Source of the DNA: a virus
IMG/VR virus record: IMGVR_UViG_3300020201_000010
Length of the DNA: 64,000 nt
Strand: one strand, 5' to 3'
In this document: piece by piece, positions 37,694 through 47,725 of the stretch
Layout: each line of letters begins with the position of its first letter
Position numbering within the stretch: the first letter of the stretch is position 1
Notes under the pieces: generated by a model
The model's input: only the letters and a program-made list of their open reading frames with translations
Database searches by the model: none
Told to the model about the DNA's origin: nothing
Program-made: the position numbers and the translations under genes

Positions 37694-38299
37694 ATGTCAT
37701 TAACAGAAAAAGAAAAAGATGAATTGCTCTCATATACGCCGAAAAGATGGCAAACATTTTTTCTTAAACTTAAAACATGGGAGGATGATAAAATCTCAAA
37801 GTGGAACGATCATCAACTGCTCGGATACTTTCTCAAACGTCATAAAGATTGCTCCGGCATTAAGTACGTTTTTGATATTAGTAAAACCCCAAGTAAAACT
37901 TCAGAATTGTTTATGATGAAAAAGCTCAAAGGTGCCATCGAAACAACAAACCCAACCCTGATTAAAGAATACATTGATTGGGTCTTTGATAAAAAAATAA
38001 TTCCAAACAAACAAAAAGTCACCAGTGTTGGCTTTTTAACAATGCCTAAATTTATAAATGAATTCTTGTTTTATAAAAAAGAAGCGGCTAGACCAAGACG
38101 GTCAGTGTCTCTTCCGAAAGATTATAAAGAGCTAGCTAATCAACTAAATATTAGTGTGGAAACTTTTGGCGATATTGCTTTTATTAAAATGTCATCTGAT
38201 AAATTCAAACAAGATATCACACACCCCAATGTTGTTTTTCTTAATAATCTTCAGGCTATGGGCCTAGACCTTAATACATTAGATAGCTTGGAGGATTAA
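37694..38299 (+). CDS. Hypothetical protein in the replication module
   Basis: ORF track; tightly coupled upstream of the loader and helicase. Confidence 0.75.
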   Translation: MSLTEKEKDELLSYTPKRWQTFFLKLKTWEDDKISKWNDHQLLGYFLKRHKDCSGIKYVFDISKTPSKTSELFMMKKLKGAIETTNPTLIKEYIDWVFDKKIIPNKQKVTSVGFLTMPKFINEFLFYKKEAARPRRSVSLPKDYKELANQLNISVETFGDIAFIKMSSDKFKQDITHPNVVFLNNLQAMGLDLNTLDSLED

Positions 38300-38742
38300 T
38301 GCAGTTTCCAAAAAAAGATAGTAATATAACTTTAACATTATCATCTGGAGAAAAAATTACAGGCCATGTTTTATTTTGGGCCCATGAAGATAATAAAGAT
38401 GTTACATGGACTTGTATTATTAATGATAGAGGTAATCAGTGCATGTATCAACAATTTTGGATTGCTGGTTTTATTATAAATTTTATAAAACCAGAACTGT
38501 TTGATGATATATATGAGCCTGAAGAAAATGCTTTAGAAAATTATGTGAAAAATATTGTCGAGCCCGAACCGCCTCATGTCACAGAAACTGACATGACATC
38601 GCGAGCAAAGAAATTTATTCAAATTAGAAGCGATTCTAAAAAAAAAGTGATAAAAGAAATGTCTGAACTATTAAATAGAGATGATATCATACATACAAAA
38701 CATTCTTCCGAAATTTATCAGCACCCATTTATGAAAAAATAA
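38299..38742 (+). CDS. Hypothetical protein
   Basis: ORF track. Confidence 0.75.
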   Translation: MQFPKKDSNITLTLSSGEKITGHVLFWAHEDNKDVTWTCIINDRGNQCMYQQFWIAGFIINFIKPELFDDIYEPEENALENYVKNIVEPEPPHVTETDMTSRAKKFIQIRSDSKKKVIKEMSELLNRDDIIHTKHSSEIYQHPFMKK

Positions 38743-38744
38743 TT

Positions 38745-39428
38745 ATGATTTGTGAAGCGTTAAGAAATATACCAAAGAAAAAATTAGAAATTTTAATTGC
38801 TAAAATAGAGGCTGATGTTGAAGACCACGCTCGCCAACAAGTTTTGAAAAAAGCCTTCATTAGATATTTTGATTCAAATATTCCTTATCTTTATTGGAAG
38901 ATAAGTATGAATGATTTTAAAGGTGATGAAAATCTTAAAATATTTTATGATAACTTTATAAATGATTTTCAAAAGAATTATGATAGAGGTAAAATCGTGT
39001 GTTTGGCAGGCAGTTTTGGCAGAGGTAAATCTACCGTAGCAACTAATATTATAAAAAGAGCTGTAGAGGGTGGGTATAGCGGATTGTATGTTACGTTATC
39101 TGATATTGTTTCAATTGTTCAGTCTGATTCTAAGTTTGAAGCTAGAAAAGACTTGATGACAGTTGATTTTCTGGTAATTGATGAATTCGATACTAGGCAC
39201 ATATCAAACACTCAAGCAGCCTATGAATTCTTTGCAAGATCAACAGAGGATATATTTAGGTCTCGTATCCAGAATTCTTTACCATTAATACTTTGCACTA
39301 ATTCACCTAACCCGCTTGAGTCTTTTACAGGTGCCCTGAAAGAAAGTTTGAGTTCCTTGTGGCACCATGTAGAGATGATACCAGTTTTGGGTAAAGATTT
39401 TAGGAAGGAAATAATAATTAATGAGTGA
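38745..39428 (+). CDS. DnaC/IstB-like AAA+ helicase loader
   Basis: GSFGRGKS Walker A, LVIDE Walker B, CTN; next to DnaB. Confidence 0.85.
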   Translation: MICEALRNIPKKKLEILIAKIEADVEDHARQQVLKKAFIRYFDSNIPYLYWKISMNDFKGDENLKIFYDNFINDFQKNYDRGKIVCLAGSFGRGKSTVATNIIKRAVEGGYSGLYVTLSDIVSIVQSDSKFEARKDLMTVDFLVIDEFDTRHISNTQAAYEFFARSTEDIFRSRIQNSLPLILCTNSPNPLESFTGALKESLSSLWHHVEMIPVLGKDFRKEIIINE

Positions 39429-40836
39429 TTTAGAAAAAAGAATATTAGACGGAATTATATCAGATCCAAAACTTGCCATGGATTTTTGTTCTCAATATGA
39501 AGCTAAGTATTTTTTAGATCCTGAAAATAGAGTGGTTGCAACACAAATAATTAAATATGTTTCAGCTTATAAAAGTGCCCCCACCAAAAGAGCTGTAATT
39601 GATTTCTGCAATAATAAAGAAACAGCAGAATTAATTGATAAATTTTGGGATAACGTTTCCTCATATAATTCTTCTGAATATAATTATGATTTAAGTTGTT
39701 TAAAAAAGAATTATTCTAATGCTCAGTTTGAAGAGATGCGTGCACAGTTTTTAAAAGGAACAGATCAAACACAAATTATTGCAGACGTTAAAAAGAAAAT
39801 AAACGAAATACAGTCTATTAGTGGATCAAAATCTTATCTTCGCAAAACACTAAAAGAATATCTTCCAGAATTTACTGATAAATATAAGGCTAAAGTTGCT
39901 AACCCCGAACTTGGAGTAGGAATCCTTACTGGCTATTCTATGATCGATTATGTGATTAACGGTTTGAGACCAGCTGACTTGGTTTTAATTTGTGGTATTA
40001 GCGGCAGTGGTAAAAGCCAGTTTATGAACAATATGGCAATTAATATATGGAAGCAGCAAAATACAATTGATATGGCTAAAGAAGATTATACAAAAGGATT
40101 TAACGTTTGCTATATGAGTTTAGAAATGCCATTTGAAGATTGTCATCAAAGAACAATGGCCGCACTTTCAGATGTTCCTAGCTATCATATTCGAGATGCT
40201 AAATTAACTAGAGCTGAGGCCTCGGCAGTTTCCAAAGCAAATAAATTTATTAAGAATTTTAATTATGAATTTGATATTGTAGATGTTCCTCGCGGTTTCA
40301 CCGTACAACAATTAGAATTAGAATTTGAAAGAATTAAGGCATCTTACACACCTGATGTTATTTTTATTGATTACATGTCTCTCATGGAAAGCGCTGATGC
40401 AGACGCGGATGATTGGTTATTATTAGGTGCTCTAGCTGGCAAGATTCATGAATTCGCCAGAAGTCATAGCATTCCTGTTGTAACTGCTGCACAACTTAAC
40501 CGAATTGACCCTGCTAAAATTAAAAATGGGAATCATATTGGGCAACATCGTATCGGAAGAAGCGCTTTAATTACAACACATTGTACGCTTATCCTTCAGA
40601 TAGACGATGATCAGACTTATAAAAATGACGTTGATACTTTTAAATATCATATTATTAAGGCAAGAAATGGCCAAGATAATATATCTCATTCCATAACCAA
40701 GAACTTTGCTCATTGTGCAGTTAGAGATCTTCCTTTTTCTGAAAGTATAGATGCGAACTATCTTGAAGACGTTGATATTTCGGAGGCTCTTAACAATATG
40801 AGGGATGATATTTCGGACATTATTAAAAACTGGTAA
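39421..40836 (+). CDS. dnaB: Replicative helicase, DnaB family
   Basis: GISGSGKS, SLEM, IFIDYMSL, TAAQLNR, KARNG. Confidence 0.92.
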   Translation: MSDLEKRILDGIISDPKLAMDFCSQYEAKYFLDPENRVVATQIIKYVSAYKSAPTKRAVIDFCNNKETAELIDKFWDNVSSYNSSEYNYDLSCLKKNYSNAQFEEMRAQFLKGTDQTQIIADVKKKINEIQSISGSKSYLRKTLKEYLPEFTDKYKAKVANPELGVGILTGYSMIDYVINGLRPADLVLICGISGSGKSQFMNNMAINIWKQQNTIDMAKEDYTKGFNVCYMSLEMPFEDCHQRTMAALSDVPSYHIRDAKLTRAEASAVSKANKFIKNFNYEFDIVDVPRGFTVQQLELEFERIKASYTPDVIFIDYMSLMESADADADDWLLLGALAGKIHEFARSHSIPVVTAAQLNRIDPAKIKNGNHIGQHRIGRSALITTHCTLILQIDDDQTYKNDVDTFKYHIIKARNGQDNISHSITKNFAHCAVRDLPFSESIDANYLEDVDISEALNNMRDDISDIIKNW

Positions 40837-40853
40837 ATATTAAACATTATTTC

Positions 40854-41027
40854 ATGGATCAATCAAAAGAAATATTAGCTGAAGCGATTAGGGTGGAATA
40901 TAATTCTCAAACGGATGAGGTTTGTCTGGTATTTTTGATTACTAATGAGAAATTTAAACAAAAGATTAAAAAAGATTGGATGGCGGATCAAGAAGTAAAA
41001 ATTGACGGAAAGTATCTTATTAAATAA
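40854..41027 (+). CDS. Small hypothetical protein, 57 aa (not in track)
   Basis: Manual translation MDQSKEILAEAIRVEYNSQTDEVCLVF...KYLIK*. Confidence 0.55.
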   Translation: MDQSKEILAEAIRVEYNSQTDEVCLVFLITNEKFKQKIKKDWMADQEVKIDGKYLIK

Positions 41028-41059
41028 AAATGGTGATATATAGGAGTTGAAGGAGAATT

Positions 41060-41377
41060 ATGCCAGCTTACGATCATATATGTACAGAATGTCAGCATGA
41101 GTGGACAGAGTTTTATTCTATAAATGATGCTATACCAGGCACATGTCCATCTTGTAAAATAGAGGGAAAGGTAAAGAGATTAATATCAGGTTTACCGATG
41201 GTAAAGGTTGTTTTAACTGGCCAAGATTTAAAGAAGTCAATGGCAGCTGACACTCAGAAGTTAAGACAAGAGATGAAAACTAATGAGAAATTAAGAGCGA
41301 ATGTTATGGGAGAAGACGCTTATAATAGACAGGTTGTTTCTGATGATAAATTTAAAGATAGATATAAGAATATTTAA
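41060..41377 (+). CDS. FmdB-family zinc-ribbon protein
   Basis: MPAYDHICTECQH...CPSC...KRLIS; strong AGGAG RBS. Confidence 0.85.
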   Translation: MPAYDHICTECQHEWTEFYSINDAIPGTCPSCKIEGKVKRLISGLPMVKVVLTGQDLKKSMAADTQKLRQEMKTNEKLRANVMGEDAYNRQVVSDDKFKDRYKNI

Positions 41378-41554
41378 GTAAATATAAAATGATAAAAATT
41401 AATCCTAAAATTTTTTTTATATTAAAAGCTCTGCTAGATATTAATGATATTAATATAATTAAAGCGACCCTAGAATCTTTAATCGAGGAGTTCGAAGAGA
41501 ATAATATAAACAATGAGGAGTAAGAAACATTAAAATATTATTTTAAGGACTAAT

Positions 41555-42196
41555 TTGATAACTCATGAAGAAGCTAACTTAATTGCTGAAAATTTTTATA
41601 AAATTAAATTAAAATCAGAAAAATCTAAAAGTAAAAAAATTATTAAACAGTATAATGATTATCAAAATTATTTAATAAATAAATTATCTTATTTGGTTAT
41701 TAGTAAATCTAATAAATATAAACAGTTTGCAAATCATTTAGATTTGCAACAAGAAGGTTTTGAAGCAATGGTAATGGCTTTAAAGACTTATAATCCTAAA
41801 AATAATAATATAATTTGGTGGTTAAACAAATATATAAATACAAAAATTTCACGAGCAGCTAATGCTCACTCAATAATAAAAATACCAATTAAAAAAACAA
41901 AAGATATGTTACCATATAAAGTAAAAAATATGCCAATCATATTAGACTATAATAGTCCTGAATTAATTATTGAAAATGAGCAATCTAAAAATCTATTAGA
42001 GGGCGCAATGAGTACTTTACCTTATATTCAAAAAGAAGTAATTAATTTATTATTTGATCTTAAAATAAAAGGACTTGAGCAAAATAGTATTTCTGAAGTT
42101 TGTAAACATTTAAATCTATCTAGAAACGAATGTAATAAATTAATAAGAGTTGCGAAAGAATCTTTAAAACAACAACTAATTAGCTATGGAACATAA
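41555..42196 (+). CDS. Sigma70-family sigma factor (regions 2 and 4)
   Basis: DLQQEG...A...YNP...W...I, IKIP, C-terminal HTH SEVCKHLNLSR. Confidence 0.8.
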   Translation: MITHEEANLIAENFYKIKLKSEKSKSKKIIKQYNDYQNYLINKLSYLVISKSNKYKQFANHLDLQQEGFEAMVMALKTYNPKNNNIIWWLNKYINTKISRAANAHSIIKIPIKKTKDMLPYKVKNMPIILDYNSPELIIENEQSKNLLEGAMSTLPYIQKEVINLLFDLKIKGLEQNSISEVCKHLNLSRNECNKLIRVAKESLKQQLISYGT

Positions 42197-42569
42197 AGTT
42201 TATATTGAAGATGTATACTTAGCTAATCAAAGTAACTGTAAAAAAGTTTCAGCATATTTAAAATATAATTGGTTAAGAAATTTATTAAATAATTGCGGTC
42301 TTAATTTAGACCAATGTTATCCCGAAGATTCTGATGAGCCACATGACCAAACTCCAAATCAAAGAAATAAATTAAGAATGTTATTAAAAGAAAATAACAT
42401 ATTTGTTTCAGATAGTTTTGATGATGAAGTACAGGTTTTTATTGAAAATGAATTAATAGCTCATTGGGTAAAACCAATTTATGATTTAAGAAAGGATTTA
42501 ACAAAAATAAATATTAAAGAAAAAATATATGTAGGAATAAAAGTAAAACACTGGTCAGTATTTGATTAA
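42186..42569 (+). CDS. Hypothetical protein
   Basis: ORF track. Confidence 0.75.
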   Translation: MEHKVYIEDVYLANQSNCKKVSAYLKYNWLRNLLNNCGLNLDQCYPEDSDEPHDQTPNQRNKLRMLLKENNIFVSDSFDDEVQVFIENELIAHWVKPIYDLRKDLTKINIKEKIYVGIKVKHWSVFD

Positions 42570-42586
42570 AATATAAAGGAGTAATT

Positions 42587-42895
42587 ATGGCAACAAAGAA
42601 AAATAAAAACACAGACGTTAACAATACAGAAGTTGAAAAAGAAGAAGATGTTCATGAAGATATATTAGAAACAGTTCTTCCAGAAGAATTAAAAACCATT
42701 ACTGATTTGAAGGCCAAGGCGGTTGCTCTAGCAGCAGAAGCTCAAAAATCTTTGGATGTAGCTAAGATGGCAGATTTAGAAGCAACGAATTTTACTATGC
42801 AAGTATTTTTAAAATATAAAATTGACCCAACAAAAGATCAACTACATCAGGACGGATCAATTCATAGAGATGTGGATGTTCAAAAAGGTGTATAA
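42587..42895 (+). CDS. Hypothetical protein (acidic, helical)
   Basis: ORF track; AAGGAG RBS. Confidence 0.8.
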   Translation: MATKKNKNTDVNNTEVEKEEDVHEDILETVLPEELKTITDLKAKAVALAAEAQKSLDVAKMADLEATNFTMQVFLKYKIDPTKDQLHQDGSIHRDVDVQKGV

Positions 42896-43726
42896 TTGAA
42901 TCAGTTTATTAAACTTAAAGATAATGATTGGGTTAATAAACAAAGGTTATCTGGTAAGGTCGTGGCAGATGCTTTAAGCTTATTAGAAGATGAGGTTAAT
43001 AAAAAAACAACTAAATCTTTAATTGAATTAAATAATTTTGCTGAAGAGTTAATATTAGATAGAAAATGTTCTGCTACATTTAAAGGATATCATGGTTTTC
43101 CAGCTGCTGTTTGTATTTCTGTTAACAATCAATTGGTGCATGGTGTGCCCACAGATTACGTATTGCAAGATGGTGATATTGTTAAATTTGATTTGGGCGC
43201 AACATTTCAGGGAGTTATATCTGATTCAGCATTAACTTGTGTTTTCGGAAATTATAAAGAAGAAAAACATAGACAACTAGTTTTAGCTACTCAGGACTCT
43301 TTGACCAATGCTATTGAATGTATTGAATTGGCTAATGGTTATAACCGCCTAGGTAATATTGGCTATAGTATTGCAGAATCTGCTAATCAGAGAGGTTTTG
43401 GTTTAATCAGTAACTATGGTGGACACGGCCTAGATATTGATTGTCCTCATGCCCAACCATTTGTTTCAAACTTTTCAAGTACAAGAGATGACGGTATAAG
43501 GTTTCAACCAGGACTAACTATAGCAATTGAGCCATTACTTTGTATTGGTAGTAATGAGACAACAACTTCTGAACAAGATAAGTGGACAGTCACTACTCCA
43601 GGAATAAATGCTCATGTAGAACATACAATTTATTTACATGAAGATAAAGTTGAGGTAATGACGTGGCGCGGAGAAAGAGATTTTGTCAATAAAGAATATA
43701 AATATAGAGAGAGAAGAATATTGTGA
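42896..43726 (+). CDS. map: Methionine aminopeptidase type I
   Basis: GFPAAVCISVNNQLVHG, DLG...SDSA, GHG, AIEP, AHVEHT. Confidence 0.95.
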   Translation: MNQFIKLKDNDWVNKQRLSGKVVADALSLLEDEVNKKTTKSLIELNNFAEELILDRKCSATFKGYHGFPAAVCISVNNQLVHGVPTDYVLQDGDIVKFDLGATFQGVISDSALTCVFGNYKEEKHRQLVLATQDSLTNAIECIELANGYNRLGNIGYSIAESANQRGFGLISNYGGHGLDIDCPHAQPFVSNFSSTRDDGIRFQPGLTIAIEPLLCIGSNETTTSEQDKWTVTTPGINAHVEHTIYLHEDKVEVMTWRGERDFVNKEYKYRERRIL

Positions 43727-43917
43727 AAATTAAATTTAAAGATAATAGCTATATAGAATTTATTTTATCATCTCCAGGTAATGTTTCTGTTGTGTTGGGT
43801 GCTCAAGATGCTTCTAACCCATTGAATTTAGTTGTTAATTCAGCCGAAGTAACATTGGATGAGTTATCAAAGTTGGTAGCTGGTATTGGTGTTCCTTTGC
43901 CATTAATTAAAAAATAA
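43723..43917 (+). CDS. Hypothetical protein
   Basis: ORF track; GTGA overlap with map. Confidence 0.6.
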   Translation: MKIKFKDNSYIEFILSSPGNVSVVLGAQDASNPLNLVVNSAEVTLDELSKLVAGIGVPLPLIKK

Positions 43918-44012
43918 GAAGATCTTATTTTTATCGAGAAAACATCAAAATATAATAGTAATAAGTACAAACCGTAAAGGTTATAACAATAACAATAAAA
44001 AAGGAAAAGAAT

Positions 44013-44318
44013 ATGAGTAATCAAATTTCACAAATCGTAAGTGGTTTAAATCGTCGCAGTTTCACCAACAATACACAGCGAGTATTACACACTCTTCTCA
44101 CCGCTCCAGGTGATGGATGGGTAACTCTTGCTAAACTTAGAGTTCCTTCAGCTGGATCACGAGTTCGTGATCTTCGTAAAGAAGAGTTCGGTGAGATCGA
44201 AGTAGAGTGTGCTTCAGCTACAGCACTTGGAGTTCGTGGTGGGAATAATACATTCCTCTATCGTGTTGCACGTAGAGGGCTAACGGCAACTCAGGTCCGC
44301 CGAGTATTTGGTTCATAA
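44013..44318 (+). CDS. Small basic winged-HTH-like DNA-binding protein
   Basis: RVL..LL...WVT...L..PSAGSRVRDLRK...IE...Y.V pattern; stand-alone gene followed by a strong terminator. Confidence 0.6.
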   Translation: MSNQISQIVSGLNRRSFTNNTQRVLHTLLTAPGDGWVTLAKLRVPSAGSRVRDLRKEEFGEIEVECASATALGVRGGNNTFLYRVARRGLTATQVRRVFGS

Positions 44319-44337
44319 TCTCTTAGAGATTTTACAT

Positions 44338-44387
44338 TTTAAAAACAAAAAAGCCCAGGTTAAACCCTGGGCTTTTTTGTTTTTAAA
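44338..44387. terminator. Bidirectional intrinsic terminator
   Basis: 22-bp perfect inverted repeat TTTAAAAACAAAAAAGCCCAGG / CCTGGGCTTTTTTGTTTTTAAA with a 6-nt loop. Confidence 0.9.
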
Positions 44388-44449
44388 GTTTGGGCTTATT
44401 ACTGTATATTATTAGAATTATCGATATTATTCTAATAATAGGACTACCA

Positions 44450-46516
44450 TTGGCTACAAAATATCCTGATCAAATTGATGGTAACAATGAGTTACCACAA
44501 GTAATAAATAATGTAACACCTGTAATCGCAGAGGTTGTTAATAATTTACGTGGAGCAATTATAGCCATAGAGCAAGAGTTAGGAGCTGACCCTAGCCGCG
44601 AATATGGAACGGTTCGTACCAGATTAGATGCAATGCAAGATTCGCTTAATGCATTAATTGCTGGTGGTGCAGGTATCAGTGCTGTTAAGCAAGACAATAC
44701 AACAGTTGTTACTAATGCAACTTCTTTAAATTTTACTGGGACAGGTGTAACAGTAACTTCTTCTGGTTCACAGGCTAATATTGCAATTAATGGTGGTGGA
44801 GACCAAGCTGTCCAGGTTCAACAGTCAATTGCTGTTGTAGCAAATAATCAAACATCATTTACTTTATCAAATATTCCAGCAAATAGTGCGGCAGTAATGA
44901 TGTTTGTAAATGGTGCCAAACAAGATTATGGTACCGATTACTTCGTTTCATCTTCCGCTGTAACATATACTGGTCCGCCTTCCTTATTAACAACAGATAT
45001 TGTTGAGTTTTGGTATTTAGTTTCTGGATCAATTAGTCCAGGAGGTGCGGACCTTACTATCCAAGAAGAAGGTGGTAATATTGATACCGCTACTACATTA
45101 ATTAACTTTATTGGAACAGGTATTACTGCAACATCTGCTGGATCTGGATTAGTAAATGTAACCTTAGCTGTTAATGTTACAGAGTCAACTGATGATATTA
45201 TTGTAGTTACACCAACAGCTGGTAATTATAATTTAACATCACCACATTTACGTATTACATCGAGTCAGGGCGTTGCATTTGGAATAAATACACCAAGCAG
45301 TGCAGCGGTTACCGCAGTTGGTGTATTTATTGGTTTAAATGCTGGGTCAAGCCGTACTGGTGGTAGTTCAAACGTTGCTGTAGGCCAGGGAGCATTAAAT
45401 AATGCTGGATCTGGAAGTGATAATGTTGCTGTTGGTTCGTCAGCTGGAGCATCTAATACTGGTAGTAATAATACAGCAGTCGGTCCTAATGCAAATGTTA
45501 TAGGTGCTTTAACTGACGCAATATCAATAGGATCGTCAACTAGTGCCGTATCGAATAGGCAAATTATTATTGGGACAGGTATTACAGGAGCTGCTTCAAC
45601 AAATGGTTATATTACTATTGGTGATGCATTTACCGCTGTGGGTCTAGCATCTTCATCTAAAGGAGCTATTAACGGAAGGCATAGCGTAGCTTCCGGTTTA
45701 GGTTTAGTAAGCCAAAGTGCTATTTGGGGTATTTATGCTTCTAATACAGCTTCTAACACTTTAAGCACTCCATTAATTGTAATGGATAATACTGATGGTC
45801 TTGCTGGTGGTTCAAGAATCCAAATGTTTCAAGGACAGACAGCACCAATAGGAAATATTACTGGTAATCCTGGTGATATTTATTTTAGGTCTGATACAGC
45901 ATCATCTGTTCCATATTATCATACTGGAGCAAGTGCTAATAATACTAGTTGGACAACATTTGGAAGTTTACCTGCTCAGGCAGCTTTAACCGTTGTAGCT
46001 AACGCAACCAACGGCGTTGCTTCACCGACAGCAGTAGCAGCCGCAACAGACGGACATGTATTTAGACGCTCTGGAACTGCTCTTGGGTTTGGGCAAATCG
46101 TTACAGCTGGTGTCGCGGATCAAACAATCACACTTCCTAAATTAGCAAACGGCTCAGCGAGTGGTCAAAGCTTTACCTGGGACGGATCTGCTTGGACGTT
46201 AATAGGCATACTTACAGCCACCAATTTAACGGACGCAAATTTGTCAAGATCTATATCTGATGGAGCAAGATTTGTTCTGCCAAATGCAACTTTAACAGCT
46301 GCGAGAACTTTAACATTAGCAGCTACTGGAAGCCCTATTTTAGGCGAAACAATTTACGTCGAGCGCTATGATACTACAGCTAATATTTATACTGTAGTTG
46401 ATGCCGTTTCTGCTTTAACAATATTCGTGTTTCCGGTCACTATTAGACGTTCAGCTTCGTTCAGGTGGAATGGAACAAATTGGACCAATACCGAATCAAG
46501 CATAAGGCTCACATAA
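44450..46516 (+). CDS. Virion structural/tail fibre protein with YadA-head-like repeats (probable TTG start 44450)
   Basis: Gly/Ser/Thr/Ala-rich; GSxNxAVG/AISIG repeats; AGGA 6 nt before TTG. Confidence 0.7.
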   Translation: MATKYPDQIDGNNELPQVINNVTPVIAEVVNNLRGAIIAIEQELGADPSREYGTVRTRLDAMQDSLNALIAGGAGISAVKQDNTTVVTNATSLNFTGTGVTVTSSGSQANIAINGGGDQAVQVQQSIAVVANNQTSFTLSNIPANSAAVMMFVNGAKQDYGTDYFVSSSAVTYTGPPSLLTTDIVEFWYLVSGSISPGGADLTIQEEGGNIDTATTLINFIGTGITATSAGSGLVNVTLAVNVTESTDDIIVVTPTAGNYNLTSPHLRITSSQGVAFGINTPSSAAVTAVGVFIGLNAGSSRTGGSSNVAVGQGALNNAGSGSDNVAVGSSAGASNTGSNNTAVGPNANVIGALTDAISIGSSTSAVSNRQIIIGTGITGAASTNGYITIGDAFTAVGLASSSKGAINGRHSVASGLGLVSQSAIWGIYASNTASNTLSTPLIVMDNTDGLAGGSRIQMFQGQTAPIGNITGNPGDIYFRSDTASSVPYYHTGASANNTSWTTFGSLPAQAALTVVANATNGVASPTAVAAATDGHVFRRSGTALGFGQIVTAGVADQTITLPKLANGSASGQSFTWDGSAWTLIGILTATNLTDANLSRSISDGARFVLPNATLTAARTLTLAATGSPILGETIYVERYDTTANIYTVVDAVSALTIFVFPVTIRRSASFRWNGTNWTNTESSIRLT

Positions 46517-47496
46517 TGCTTAGAAACATTCAGTCAAGCGGTCTAGGCTTAAGAGGAATTGGAGTGTTTAATCCTTTAAGCATCACAAGCTCGACTCCTT
46601 TCCTTTGGTGCGAAGTTGATCAAGGAACCATCTTTAGTGGTGATGCTTTATCAGCCGGAACGACTCCGCCAGTTGTTACGATAACCGGCACTAACTCTGT
46701 AGCTTTTCCAACCGTCAAAGTACGAATTGCAGTCGGCGGAGCTAGAGGAACGGCAACCTATGAAACCAGCCACGATAACATAACCTGGGCAGCTCCTACA
46801 GCTACCGTGGCTTCTGTTAACGTTGGTCCTTTTACGATAAATTTTCCGGTCGGCACTTATAACATAAACAACACATATGATGCTAATCCTCAGACGTTAA
46901 ATGATATGACAACGCAAGCAAATCACATGGCTTGCAATAGTTTAACTGGACCATTGATTACTCCAAATTCTCTAGGTGGGCGCGCTGGTTTTACAGTGAC
47001 TTCTACGGCTTATTTCCGTCGCTCTGTACTAACAAATACCAGATCTGTAACGGGTCCAATGACGATAATTATCAATGGTGTAAGTCCGTTTTCTACTGGA
47101 TTAGTTATTCTATGTGGAGGTGTCAACTTTATGAGAGATATTAGAAGTGGTGGCGCTGGAGAATGGGCTGTTACTTCCGTTGGCGTCGGTTACTTTAGCC
47201 CAGGAGTAATCGCAAGTTCCAATAGAGATTTTCAACTTTCTGCGAGTTGGAACGGCGCGAATTCGCTTGGTGAAATTCGACAACGCGGTTTAGCTACTGC
47301 GAGCGGCGTAGGCAATCCAAGCGACCCAGCTGCACTAGGCTTAACCAACTTAGCATGGGGAGCACATTCGAGCGGAGTCCAACCGGCTTTAGATTTTAGA
47401 CTTACTTCGATCTTTGCATGCGATGGGTTGATCTCAGATACTGATTTAAAGTATCTCCGCGACGGCTTTGCTTATCGATATTCCATAACTTCATAA
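46516..47496 (+). CDS. Tail-associated beta-sandwich (LamG-like) protein, copy 1; probable start 46516
   Basis: TAATG overlap; paralog of 53961..54920. Confidence 0.7.
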   Translation: MLRNIQSSGLGLRGIGVFNPLSITSSTPFLWCEVDQGTIFSGDALSAGTTPPVVTITGTNSVAFPTVKVRIAVGGARGTATYETSHDNITWAAPTATVASVNVGPFTINFPVGTYNINNTYDANPQTLNDMTTQANHMACNSLTGPLITPNSLGGRAGFTVTSTAYFRRSVLTNTRSVTGPMTIIINGVSPFSTGLVILCGGVNFMRDIRSGGAGEWAVTSVGVGYFSPGVIASSNRDFQLSASWNGANSLGEIRQRGLATASGVGNPSDPAALGLTNLAWGAHSSGVQPALDFRLTSIFACDGLISDTDLKYLRDGFAYRYSITS

Positions 47497-47521
47497 CTAC
47501 TACTAAACGACTAAGGACCTA

Positions 47522-47725
47522 ATGACGGATCTTGAAAACATAAACTGGAAAATGCAAAAAATTATTGAGCAAAATGAAAGAGTGATTTCGCAGAATGACG
47601 CGATGATGGATTTGTTATCGAATTACATAAAAGCGACAGGCGACGATTTAAGAGCTTTATCAAAACGGATTGATTTGTTAGAAGATGCGCCTTTACGAAT
47701 AATGAATGGTGGCGGTGGGCATTGA
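47522..47725 (+). CDS. Small coiled-coil protein
   Basis: ORF track; AAGGA RBS. Confidence 0.65.
   Translation: MTDLENINWKMQKIIEQNERVISQNDAMMDLLSNYIKATGDDLRALSKRIDLLEDAPLRIMNGGGGH

Noticed and set aside
7565-40836. Introns or inteins in nrdB, nrdA, helicases (and thyA)
   Set aside because: The ORFs are continuous and of normal length; the endonucleases are free-standing between genes.
281-43917. Short antisense ORFs in the track (e.g. 281, 411, 1274, 4636, 13632, 15263, 23993, 31971, 32529)
   Set aside because: They lie opposite well-supported genes, lack RBS or domain signals, and are expected by chance.
44390-44449. Signal-peptide-like N-terminus MGLLLYIIRIIDIILIIG
   Set aside because: It is the translation of an AT-rich hairpin; the RBS supports the TTG start at 44450.
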